Shown here piece by piece: positions 36,830 to 45,934 of a stretch of DNA of 64,000 nucleotides. The position numbers were made by a program, and so were the translations under genes. The stretch's first letter is position 1; every line of letters begins with the position of its first letter. Source of the DNA: a virus (Duplodnaviria > Caudoviricetes); IMG/VR virus record IMGVR_UViG_3300028412_000003; one strand, 5' to 3'. A model generated the notes under the pieces. That model was not told where the DNA came from. It ran no database searches and worked only from the letters and a program-made list of their open reading frames with translations.

Positions 36830-37342
36830 CTATTTATCAGCATTGCCGCGTAGTTGCTTCATCAAACTGTTACGATCAGTTATTACATAACCATCTCCGT
36901 TTACAACATCAGTTGTATTACCAGCGCGATCATTGTCTATTTTTTCTTTTTTAAGTTGAAGATCTACCATTTTTAATTTTTTATCAATCTTTGCAACCTT
37001 AGCATCTAAACTTGTTTTGAGCATGTTACCTGCTACTTCAAAGATACGACCTGCATATCGTCCTTCTACGTTCATACCAAGATCCATTAAATCTTCATAA
37101 GAATTAAGAGCACGCTGAGCAATGTCACCTAGTTCTTCGTCAGCTTTTTGATCTAATCCTCTTACGTGGGGAAGGGCAGCAGCGATCTTATCAAATTTTT
37201 CCATGTCTGTCATGGCTTTCTTTTGACGATCTCGTTCTTGTTTTTCTTGAGACTTCTTAATTGCTATCTTTTCATCTTCTTCTTTTTTAATGATTTCTTT
37301 TGAATCAGGAAGGTTCAAGATCTCTTCTAATTTTTTGGTCAT
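36830..37342 (-). CDS. Probable terminase small subunit (gp16-like), likely start MTKKLEE
   Basis: Helical, GRIFEVAGNML pattern, upstream of terL. Confidence 0.5.
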   Translation of the reverse strand: MTKKLEEILNLPDSKEIIKKEEDEKIAIKKSQEKQERDRQKKAMTDMEKFDKIAAALPHVRGLDQKADEELGDIAQRALNSYEDLMDLGMNVEGRYAGRIFEVAGNMLKTSLDAKVAKIDKKLKMVDLQLKKEKIDNDRAGNTTDVVNGDGYVITDRNSLMKQLRGNADK

Positions 37343-37478
37343 TTGTACACCTTTCACACTGGCAAGAACAGCAGATTTCTTTTTGTCCTAGGCGATCACC
37401 TCGCCAATCTCTTACATCCTCTAATAGAAGTTCATTGCAATGAGATGATTGTCCGCAATTTTTACAATATATTTCCAT
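37305..37478 (-). CDS. 57-aa Cys-rich (zinc-binding-like) protein
   Basis: Hand-translated MEIYCKNCGQSSHC...ICCSCQCERC...; GATAAATA 4 nt upstream. Confidence 0.65.
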   Translation of the reverse strand: MEIYCKNCGQSSHCNELLLEDVRDWRGDRLGQKEICCSCQCERCTNDQKIRRDLEPS

Positions 37479-37493
37479 ACTGTATTTATCGTA

Positions 37494-38096
37494 TCAAAAT
37501 TGATAATTGAATTCTTTGATGTCTTTGATGTAGGTTTTCGCTATAAAATCAACGGTTTTAGGAGTATAATATTCTCGCCATGGTTTAAGTTTGATAGATT
37601 GTACTAAGGTTGGTAATTCGGTATAACAATTTAACCTATCCTGGACTAATCTAAAATCCGTTGAAAGAGTTTCTTGTTTCATTATATAATCACAATGAAT
37701 TACATTTTGATATTGAGGTCCTTGTTTAGATTGAAATAACCAATTTTCAAAACCTAATTCAAGAAATTTTTGTGTTTCAATTAGATATTCTTTATTATGT
37801 TTCTTTTTATGTGAATTAAAATATCTTGGATTATTTAGGTTTTCCATTCTTTCTTGATTTTCAGTTAATTTAAATTCGTACCAACTTACGGCCCATCTCC
37901 AAGGATTTCTTACAGTTGAAAAGGTCCATCCTAAATCTCCAAATATTTCTTTAGACTGTTCAACATTTGCCCCCATTTGTCGTTTAGTAGTATTACAATT
38001 AAAGTTAGATTTAAGCCATGCAGTAATACTCGAACCGCCTGTTTTTGGATTATGAATAAAAGTGCAATGATAAGGTTCTTTTATTATAACTGCCAT
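37494..38096 (-). CDS. Sulfotransferase-family protein
   Basis: 5'-PSB FIHNPKTGGSSI and 3'-PB FSTVRNPW motifs. Confidence 0.8.
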   Translation of the reverse strand: MAVIIKEPYHCTFIHNPKTGGSSITAWLKSNFNCNTTKRQMGANVEQSKEIFGDLGWTFSTVRNPWRWAVSWYEFKLTENQERMENLNNPRYFNSHKKKHNKEYLIETQKFLELGFENWLFQSKQGPQYQNVIHCDYIMKQETLSTDFRLVQDRLNCYTELPTLVQSIKLKPWREYYTPKTVDFIAKTYIKDIKEFNYQF

Positions 38097-38543
38097 TTAT
38101 CTTCTGCTATTTCCTTTTGTGCTTGCAAAGATGTCGTCTTCTGTTACTACTCGAAAGAATATTCCTCTTTGTTTACACCATGCTTTTGCTGCTTCCCACT
38201 TAGCCTGATTCACCAACCACGCAGCCTGATTATGTTTGCTTTTTCCTAAATTTTCTTTTAACGATTGATTCTTTGGTTTTACTTCCATCAATTCAACATG
38301 TTTTTTGCTATTCTTGTCAACATAAGAAACAAGAAAATCAGGTACATAAATTGTCTGTTTTCCGCTTAGTGGGTTTCGATAAGGTATTCTTACTGACTCA
38401 CTTGCCCATTGTTCTACATTAGGATGTTCGTCACAGAATTTCATAAATGTAAATTCCCAACCGGATCGGTAAGTAGGAACCGATTTACCTATATATTTTT
38501 CTGGATTTTTAAGATTATATTTACCCGATGCGTATCTTGACAT
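38097..38543 (-). CDS. gp4: Head completion nuclease, gp4-like
   Basis: YRSGWE..FM.FCD, WASE, YVPDF, EVKP. Confidence 0.85.
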   Translation of the reverse strand: MSRYASGKYNLKNPEKYIGKSVPTYRSGWEFTFMKFCDEHPNVEQWASESVRIPYRNPLSGKQTIYVPDFLVSYVDKNSKKHVELMEVKPKNQSLKENLGKSKHNQAAWLVNQAKWEAAKAWCKQRGIFFRVVTEDDIFASTKGNSRR

Positions 38544-38911
38544 TAGACAATTATATTTCTGGATTCATTCCATTGTGTTTCGTCTTGTACTCGATAACCA
38601 AGTGTACTTGACTTTGGTCTATTGTAATTTAAAATCTCTGCTACTAATGAATTTAATTGTACTTGATTTAGTCCGGTTAGTGTATCAAGTAATTTAAAAA
38701 CTTTAATATCATCTAACTTTGCCTGTTGTAATAATACGGCGGATACAGACCTTGCTGCTTCTTCTTCAAAGCCTCTTTTACGAAAAAATCCAAAAACTGC
38801 ATCAATTTCATTAGCTGGATATGTTAATTTCTTAACAAAATAACGATCATAAAATTCCTTTACTTCTGATGCGCTATCTCTATTTTGTTCGTTTATTCCT
38901 GAACTTGTCAT
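38543..38911 (-). CDS. Conserved hypothetical protein
   Basis: ORF track; coupled. Confidence 0.7.
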   Translation of the reverse strand: MTSSGINEQNRDSASEVKEFYDRYFVKKLTYPANEIDAVFGFFRKRGFEEEAARSVSAVLLQQAKLDDIKVFKLLDTLTGLNQVQLNSLVAEILNYNRPKSSTLGYRVQDETQWNESRNIIV

Positions 38912-38912
38912 G

Positions 38913-40037
38913 TTATCTTCCGTTATTAAATCTTGCTTGTTCTATCCTTGCTCTATAAGCAGGATCAGTCGGATTGCTATTTCCACCAGTTGCAGTTGTA
39001 ATTGAATTTTTACCACCATTACCTAATGATTTTGGAAACACAGTATTACTTATTGATCCGAGCAATGCAGGAGCGGCTGCTGTGGCAACAGTTCCTAACA
39101 AATTTAAACCTTCTTCTCTTAATCCACCTGATGTAAGTTTCTTTGCATTATTGAATGTATTAACACCTTTTAGTATGCTTCCTATTCCAAAATTACCAGA
39201 AGAAATGTCATCAAGAATAGACCCTACACCATCGGCAACACCGCCGGCGCCGAGAATAGTGCTTGTGCCTCCTCCTGCAACTCGTAACGGTGACGGAGTC
39301 AAATCATAATGTGTAGTAGCAAATCCTGCTGGATCTCCTTGTTTTACATTACCTCTTAAATAGAACACAGATTCATACGCAACCGTCATTTGATTAGCAG
39401 TAGGACTACTATCTGAATTATCTAACGAATCATGTCCCCATTGAGTAATAAGCGGATTAACTAATGAAAATCCTGTATAGGTTTGTCTTGCTAATTGATA
39501 TATTGTAATACGGTGAAAGAATGGTCTTCTCGATCCATTGTCTAATCCATATTTTTTTCTGTTTATTTCTGATCCTTTATATGAAGATCTAGGATCAAAG
39601 GATGAAGTAGTTCTCTCATCTACATAATTTCCATCTTTATAATAATAACGATAGTATGCTTCCATTAATGCGGTAGTAACACCAAAATTATCATCATGTA
39701 GTGTTATTTGCACCGGATCATATGTTATAGACGTTTGAAAGTTCTTTTTTCGATTGTATTGATTTCTCATCTCACTTTGTGCTTGAAATTTTGGTAAATC
39801 CACTGCTTTAACCAGCATATTAATTTCTTCTCTGTGTTTATTACTGAGAACAGGATTAAGTGCCAGTGCTTGAGGAGATAGTTCAAATACTACCTGATAA
39901 AGAAATTTACTTTTAGGTGCTAACCTAAAACTGTTTGCATTGTATAGATACGACGAATGTTTAAAATCCCCAAGATTACCTTTAGGATTAAGTGTACCTG
40001 ATACTAAATTATCGAGAAAGCCGTTTATTAAACTCAT
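38913..40037 (-). CDS. Tail-tube-like baseplate protein (gp48/gp54-like)
   Basis: Tube-fold pattern VKAVDLPKF...YDPVQITLHDD...NPLITQWGHD; next to the tube gene. Confidence 0.6.
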   Translation of the reverse strand: MSLINGFLDNLVSGTLNPKGNLGDFKHSSYLYNANSFRLAPKSKFLYQVVFELSPQALALNPVLSNKHREEINMLVKAVDLPKFQAQSEMRNQYNRKKNFQTSITYDPVQITLHDDNFGVTTALMEAYYRYYYKDGNYVDERTTSSFDPRSSYKGSEINRKKYGLDNGSRRPFFHRITIYQLARQTYTGFSLVNPLITQWGHDSLDNSDSSPTANQMTVAYESVFYLRGNVKQGDPAGFATTHYDLTPSPLRVAGGGTSTILGAGGVADGVGSILDDISSGNFGIGSILKGVNTFNNAKKLTSGGLREEGLNLLGTVATAAAPALLGSISNTVFPKSLGNGGKNSITTATGGNSNPTDPAYRARIEQARFNNGR

Positions 40038-40052
40038 ATTGTATTTATCGTC

Positions 40053-40081
40053 AAAAAAAGAGGGAACCTAAGTTCCCTCTT
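40053..40081 (-). terminator. Rho-independent terminator after the tail tube gene
   Basis: 10-bp stem AAGAGGGAAC/GTTCCCTCTT, 4-nt loop, U tract on the minus strand. Confidence 0.85.
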
Positions 40082-40101
40082 GATCTACTTATCTTTAAGC
40101 A

Positions 40102-40737
40102 TTAGCCTGTTGAAAGACCACCACCTGTAATAAGTGTATTGACAGTACGTCCAACATTTGTACCAATACCAGTTCCTTGTGGTGTCTGTACTGCATTATC
40201 ATAACGAATAGACAATGTAATCAATACTGGTTCATTTGAATTATATGCTAATGAATTCCAGTTAGTATTCTGTACTAAACAACCGTAAAGTTCCCATGTT
40301 TCAAGTACTGTTGGTTGGAATTGCCCATTACCTCCATCAAGCATTTCAATCCTTGTGGTAAACTTATAGTCGATACCGGATGCTGCGCTTGCTTGTTCTT
40401 GGAAGTCGAATTGTTTCTGATTTTGCTCGCCTACGAGCTTTTGTACGTTTCCCCCGACGTCGTCGCGCAAGTTTAAAGTAATTGGTTCCCAAGTATGCTT
40501 ACCAACCAAATAACTACGTGAGTTATAAACGTCGATCGTAATTTCTTCAAACGACAAGTTTGGTCGAGTTACATCCGCAACTTGCTTAGTAAGTTCAGTT
40601 CTTGGTGTTGTTACTCCAAAGTTTTCCAGTGTTACCCTAAAGCGATACTGAAGCTTTGGCATCAGCTGTCCCTGAGCGACCGCTGATTGGTCGCTCGCTA
40701 ATGGAACAGTGATCTTTGATAGTGATGAGATTGACAT
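40102..40737 (-). CDS. gp19: Tail tube protein
   Basis: PKLQYRFRV, VTRPNL, WEPITL.LRDD, LSIRYDNA; follows sheath. Confidence 0.85.
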   Translation of the reverse strand: MSISSLSKITVPLASDQSAVAQGQLMPKLQYRFRVTLENFGVTTPRTELTKQVADVTRPNLSFEEITIDVYNSRSYLVGKHTWEPITLNLRDDVGGNVQKLVGEQNQKQFDFQEQASAASGIDYKFTTRIEMLDGGNGQFQPTVLETWELYGCLVQNTNWNSLAYNSNEPVLITLSIRYDNAVQTPQGTGIGTNVGRTVNTLITGGGLSTG

Positions 40738-40766
40738 TTATTCTCTCCTTATTGCTACTATTTATC

Positions 40767-43700
40767 TTAACCTAGACCAGCTATTTCGCCAGTATTCTTC
40801 AATCTCAATGGAATATAGATGAATTCAACTGCTTTGACTGGTTCTATAGCAATATCTAAATATAGCTCATTCCTGTCAATTCTAGATGGCGTATTGTTAG
40901 TTTCGTCACATACGACCAAGTAATCATAAACTCCTCTTAGTCCAACTAATTCAAGTAGCAACGATTCTGCTGCCTGCTTAATTTCGTCACGTGTGATTTT
41001 ATCATTTGGTTCAAACAAGTATGGCTTAGAAAGTGTTGTAAGCTGTCTACGTAGGTAAACTACCAGTCTTGCAACATTAATTCTATCAAGTGATGAAGAA
41101 CCACGTGCTCTTGTCTTTTGCCCGTAAGCAACAAGTCCAGCGCCTGTTATGAATGTAATTGGATTCACATCTACTGAGTAAAGTGTGTCTCTTTGACCTT
41201 CGTTTAGAGCCACTGCTACAAATTCTCCTTCGTTATTTACATAACCGGTTGAAGTTGCATTAGTGATGCCGCCACGTCTGGTTCCTGCCGGAGCAAACCA
41301 AGGATAAGCAATTTGGTCGTTCAGTGCAATTGTGCGTAGCATCATGTGGCTTGGTGGTACAACTACGTTGTTACCAAAGTTATCACTAGTAAAGCCCCAA
41401 GGGTAATAAACGCCCATGTACTCGTCTCTTGACACCAATCCGTCGTCGTTGTCTTCTACAACAGTATTAACGTTAGTACCCCAATTATTAAGTGAAGTAG
41501 CATCAGGTGTGAGCCTTGCAGGCGAGTCTGCTACGACAAATGCCGTTAGTCCACGATCAAAGTTTAGAGTGATCATTTCGCCGATCAATTCTGGATATCC
41601 TGGGCATGCCATTAAGTTGAATAATCTTGATTCGTCGTCTCTGATATCTTGATTGCTGTTAACCAATGCCTGTAATGCCTGTACAACAACCTTACGTTGT
41701 GCCTTACGGCCAAAAGATCCACTACCGTCTATGTCATTTGCTGATTCTGTAACCCAACGATGTGGATAATAACCATCCATGCTTTCGTCGTTATTAAATC
41801 TTATATTGTCGTCATTTACATCAATATAATTGCGCTCAAAACGCTTTACATTGAATCCTGAACGACGCAAATTCCAAAGTAACATTCCTCTTGGATACAA
41901 TGCAGGATCTGGTGCATCAAAGTCTAAAAAGTTGCTTATTAACAACTCATCAATATCTCCTGCAACATTACTGTTTGCTCCGGAAGTATTATAACGAGCG
42001 TCGTCAAACAATATACCGTCTTCAGTTGTTTGATCTGTTTTATCAACTAGGTTCCACTGAAGTAGAGCACCGTCATACTTATAAATTGTAGGATAATTTT
42101 CAATATCTGCTGTATCAATCCAAAGATCACCATTTACTAATGAAGTACCATCACTTTGTGTTGTAGGTTCGGTTGCAGCAACAATTGGTCCTGCTGGATC
42201 TGTTTGTGCCGTATCGTCTACATCATAAAATGGACTGGTTGAATCAAGGTATCCAACCCATGTGTTTCCATTATGTACCATTATATCAACTTCATCAACA
42301 ACTGATGAGTACCAAAGACGTCCGTCAGTTGTAAGTGCAGTTGGAGCATCTTCGCTTGCAGTATATGAAAGGACTTGCCAATTTGTTGCTAAGAAATCTG
42401 ACGAAGCTGAATCTCCAGCTGGAGCAGTATAAAGATTTACTGTACCGTTATTTGCATCAACATATGCACTGAATCCCATCTCTAAAAGTGTTCCAATTGT
42501 ATCATTTAGACGGAATTCACCACCTAACTTATGTTGAATTACAACCCTATTACTTGCGTCAACGCTTGCTACGATGTTAACCAATCCAGCTGAGTTGATA
42601 GCACCTGCTATTACGTCAGCATCGCTTGATGCACCAGTTGCCGTTCCTGTTACAGTAACATCTGCTGCTAATGAAGCACTTCCAATTACTGATTCAAAAA
42701 TATCAAAGCTAAATGCACCTGCTGAAATATTGCTTGTGATTGCCCTTGAAGTTATCGTTGTGCGACCTGATGCCCTACGACGGTATATCTTAAAATCTGC
42801 AAGAACTGGTTCGTCTTCTGCATCATTATACTTAACATAAAGATCACCAACTGCAAGATTTAATCCGCCGCCGGCTGGATCCAAATTAGAAATAGCAGTT
42901 TGGTTATCTGCATAAAGCGGAGCTTCTACATTATCAAAAAGTAATGTATCTCCGTTATATACCTTAACTCTCCATCTTGCTCCTGCATTTGGTTGTGTAG
43001 TCTTAACCCAAATAGAACCTGTTGGACGAGAATTTGTATCTGTTAGTTTATATTGTGGTACATTGGTGTGTCTGCTAATTTGAATCTTTGGAGCATAAAA
43101 TACACCAGCTGTTAATCCTGCCGCTGCTAGGGAACCAGTTCCCTCAGCAAGTGTTAGGTCAATACCATTTGTATAAATTTCAAGTGAACCATCAACTGCT
43201 GCTGCTGTAACACCAGATATCAAAGCACTGTTTATATCATTAGCAAGAACAGTTACGGTTGTGCCACTTGCTGTAACGGTTGATCCATTAATTACAACAG
43301 TTTCACCGTTTGTTATAGTTGGGTTGCTTGCAGTACCACGTACTGTTGGCCAGCTTGCTGCCCAATCACTTGTTCCAACTTCTACCCATGTACCTGTTGA
43401 ATTTTTATAAAATAATTTGTTAAGAGTGGTAGTTGCAACTAGAGCATAATCTCCAATTGCGCCAACTGAAGTCTTTGGAACTCCGCTGCTAACTCTTGTA
43501 GTATCGGTTATAACTAGAACATCCTGTACGGAGAAACTTTGTCCACCTGTTGTAGTCTTAGGATTACCGTTCCATTCAAAAACACCAAAACTAGTATTCT
43601 GTGTGTCAAACCAATATGTTCCATTTGTAGGAGGTCCTGCTGGTTCGTTTGCAGTTCCTTCAATTTCACTTAAATCAATATCTGCACGAACTGCCCACGC

Positions 43701-44018
43701 TCTATTAGAAACACCAAGTATTGAATAAAGTGCTTGCAATCCATATTCATTCTGTTCACCTGCATGAATTGGATTATTGTTAGTGTCGGTCTTAAATATT
43801 GCATCCCCAAACGTTTCGGAAGCATCACGCTGTGATGTAAGCAAATAAGGTACTCCGGCATTCGCTTTAAGCGTGCCTGATGCAGTTCCGGTTCCTGCTG
43901 GATTTGATTTATCTTGTGCTGTTGCAATGAAAACCATTGGAACAGTGCCCGGTTCCGCTGGAGTGTAAAAACTATCGTTAATTACGCTTACTTCTACACC
44001 TGGTGATACTAATGCCAT
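40767..44018 (-). CDS. gp18: Tail sheath protein (1083 aa)
   Basis: SPGVEV, WFAPAG.RRG, NPIT, LDRINVARL, FEPND, C-terminal IEPVKAVEFIYI. Confidence 0.95.
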   Translation of the reverse strand: MALVSPGVEVSVINDSFYTPAEPGTVPMVFIATAQDKSNPAGTGTASGTLKANAGVPYLLTSQRDASETFGDAIFKTDTNNNPIHAGEQNEYGLQALYSILGVSNRAWAVRADIDLSEIEGTANEPAGPPTNGTYWFDTQNTSFGVFEWNGNPKTTTGGQSFSVQDVLVITDTTRVSSGVPKTSVGAIGDYALVATTTLNKLFYKNSTGTWVEVGTSDWAASWPTVRGTASNPTITNGETVVINGSTVTASGTTVTVLANDINSALISGVTAAAVDGSLEIYTNGIDLTLAEGTGSLAAAGLTAGVFYAPKIQISRHTNVPQYKLTDTNSRPTGSIWVKTTQPNAGARWRVKVYNGDTLLFDNVEAPLYADNQTAISNLDPAGGGLNLAVGDLYVKYNDAEDEPVLADFKIYRRRASGRTTITSRAITSNISAGAFSFDIFESVIGSASLAADVTVTGTATGASSDADVIAGAINSAGLVNIVASVDASNRVVIQHKLGGEFRLNDTIGTLLEMGFSAYVDANNGTVNLYTAPAGDSASSDFLATNWQVLSYTASEDAPTALTTDGRLWYSSVVDEVDIMVHNGNTWVGYLDSTSPFYDVDDTAQTDPAGPIVAATEPTTQSDGTSLVNGDLWIDTADIENYPTIYKYDGALLQWNLVDKTDQTTEDGILFDDARYNTSGANSNVAGDIDELLISNFLDFDAPDPALYPRGMLLWNLRRSGFNVKRFERNYIDVNDDNIRFNNDESMDGYYPHRWVTESANDIDGSGSFGRKAQRKVVVQALQALVNSNQDIRDDESRLFNLMACPGYPELIGEMITLNFDRGLTAFVVADSPARLTPDATSLNNWGTNVNTVVEDNDDGLVSRDEYMGVYYPWGFTSDNFGNNVVVPPSHMMLRTIALNDQIAYPWFAPAGTRRGGITNATSTGYVNNEGEFVAVALNEGQRDTLYSVDVNPITFITGAGLVAYGQKTRARGSSSLDRINVARLVVYLRRQLTTLSKPYLFEPNDKITRDEIKQAAESLLLELVGLRGVYDYLVVCDETNNTPSRIDRNELYLDIAIEPVKAVEFIYIPLRLKNTGEIAGLG

Positions 44019-44145
44019 CTTTTGTTCTCCTTCGACTATATAAGAATGTCGTCTGTCTCATCTATATTTAGTTGATGGGAAGAAAAAATAACTCTTATAT
44101 CATGTGATAAAGGGGCACTAAAGGTTTAGTTTGATTAAATAAGTT

Positions 44146-44487
44146 ATGAGACCACTTTGTATATGCGGAATGCGTGCTGCCGCAGTTAATTATAAAAAAG
44201 AAGGACGAACATTTTATAGAAAGAAATGCGAGATTTGCCTCAAACACGGAGGAACAGGTCACGGGATCCCAAGATGGAAACAGAAGGGATACGTTAAAAA
44301 ATCAGAATGCGAAAAGTGTGGATTTAAAAGTAAACACTCGGAACAGTTTAATGTTTTTCATATAGATGGAAATCTTGACAACTGTCGATTAACAAACTTA
44401 AAAACGGTTTGTGCAAATTGCCAAAGAATTTTACATCTAAAAGATGCTAAAACATGGAAGCAAGGCGACCTAAGGCCAGATTTTTAA
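44146..44487 (+). CDS. Small HNH-like zinc-binding protein
   Basis: CEKC...HIDGN..N...NL..VCANC. Confidence 0.7.
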   Translation: MRPLCICGMRAAAVNYKKEGRTFYRKKCEICLKHGGTGHGIPRWKQKGYVKKSECEKCGFKSKHSEQFNVFHIDGNLDNCRLTNLKTVCANCQRILHLKDAKTWKQGDLRPDF

Positions 44488-44983
44488 CTCTACCATATAA
44501 ATGATCTAAATTCGTTTCGAGTTGAGCTATATCTCGATTATTGTCAATTATAAAATCTGCCATCCAAGGTTCTATGCTAATAATAGATGAATCTTCCGGA
44601 GGAAGATGTTCTGACCGGTCAACCCAAACACAATAGTCAAAAACACCCTGTAGTTTCATTGAATTAAGTTCGCGCTTACTTCTACACCCACAATAGATAT
44701 TATATTCAGAAAATATAGATTTACCAAGAGCGGCGGCATCCTCTTCACAAAAATCTGAAATTAATTTAAACCATTCTGCTCGACGATTGTGTCTATCAAT
44801 ATAACAATCTTCTTCTGTTTTATAACCATATTTGTCTTTTAATTGATCAAATATAAAAAGTTTTGAACAAAACTTTGAACTACTTTCAAAAGTAAATCCG
44901 TATTTGTCTCTTAATATTTCACAAGCAGTATCTTTGCCATGTCGTCCGTGACCTACTATCATTAATTTTGGGGTTTGACTCAT
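44447..44983 (-). CDS. Deoxynucleoside monophosphate kinase-like protein
   Basis: P-loop IVGHGRHGKDT, DFIIDNN. Confidence 0.65.
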   Translation of the reverse strand: MSQTPKLMIVGHGRHGKDTACEILRDKYGFTFESSSKFCSKLFIFDQLKDKYGYKTEEDCYIDRHNRRAEWFKLISDFCEEDAAALGKSIFSEYNIYCGCRSKRELNSMKLQGVFDYCVWVDRSEHLPPEDSSIISIEPWMADFIIDNNRDIAQLETNLDHLYGRVKNLALGRLASMF

Positions 44984-45005
44984 ATGTTCTCCTAGTGTTA
45001 AGTAG

Positions 45006-45034
45006 AATATAACATATTTTTAGATAAATGTCAA
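45006..45034 (-). promoter_or_regulatory. sigma70-type promoter TTGACA-17-TATATT
   Basis: Read on the minus strand; shares TATGTTATATT with the primase promoter; SD AGGAG downstream. Confidence 0.75.
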
Positions 45035-45121
45035 CCTATTATACGATCGGGAATCATCATTGTTAATAATTTTAATAAGTATATCTTTCATACACCTATT
45101 TATTCTTAACCAACAAGAAAT

Positions 45122-45880
45122 CTAGCCGATGGTGAAGGAATACCCCACTCCGCCGGCTTCTTGATTTTGTAGTGCTAGGTCGAGTTTTTCCATTTCGGCT
45201 TGTGCTTCTGCTTTTAAAGAATCGCCATTTAGTGAAGAACCACCTTGAGGTCCTGCTATGGTTGCAAATTTAGAACGTGCTTCGCCTAACATATATTTAC
45301 ATGATGCAAGGGTATAATCCTTTATCCATTGCTGAGAAAGATAATCTGCTAACAAAATGCTATCCGGTCTATAATTATAAGCATAAAGCATCACTTCTTC
45401 TTTACCGCGAGGGCGTTGAAAGATTGTTAACTTGCGAGTAGGCATGTCCCATTTGTATGTTATAAATCCACCAAACATACGTCCAACTAGTTCTTGATAC
45501 TGAGCAAAGAAGTCGTAAGTTGCTAATCCGCCCATATTTGAACTTGAAAGTAAGTATGTATTAGTATAAGCAAGGTTGAATGGTTCAAAAACTGTTCCAC
45601 TTCCATCACCACCGCCGGATCTTGATCCAACTGACCTACGAAATATTTTTCGTACTTCTATTACTTCTTTTGGAAGAGTATACTCGTTTTGGTCTTTTAC
45701 TAATTCAAGAAAGATGTAACTTTCTTCAACAGAATTATCCGAACGTTGTCTGTATTTACTAAGTGCTTTTGACAAAGCAACTTCATAATGTATTGGATCA
45801 AGTTCTACATCAACCATACCTCCACCTAAGAAAGCATTAACGTAATCAAATATTTCTTGTTTTTCAGTAGCAGTTGCCAT
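45122..45880 (-). CDS. gp13: Neck/adaptor protein, gp13-like
   Basis: LGGGMVDVEL, WIKDYTLA..K..LGE.R.KF, GPQGG..LNG. Confidence 0.85.
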   Translation of the reverse strand: MATATEKQEIFDYVNAFLGGGMVDVELDPIHYEVALSKALSKYRQRSDNSVEESYIFLELVKDQNEYTLPKEVIEVRKIFRRSVGSRSGGGDGSGTVFEPFNLAYTNTYLLSSSNMGGLATYDFFAQYQELVGRMFGGFITYKWDMPTRKLTIFQRPRGKEEVMLYAYNYRPDSILLADYLSQQWIKDYTLASCKYMLGEARSKFATIAGPQGGSSLNGDSLKAEAQAEMEKLDLALQNQEAGGVGYSFTIG

Positions 45881-45891
45881 AGTATTCCTCC

Positions 45892-45915
45892 ATTCATATT
45901 TAGCTAAATATGAAT
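45892..45915. promoter_or_regulatory. Perfect 24-bp palindrome ATTCATATTTAGCTAAATATGAAT with back-to-back GCTAAATA boxes
   Basis: Read directly; lies between divergent gp13 and gp14-like genes. Confidence 0.75.
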
Positions 45916-45934
45916 AGTAATTAGGAGAAAGATC

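Noticed and set aside
44146-44487. Mobile HNH homing endonuclease
   Set aside because: Only 113 aa, no separate DNA-binding domain, interrupts nothing; kept as an ordinary HNH-like CDS.
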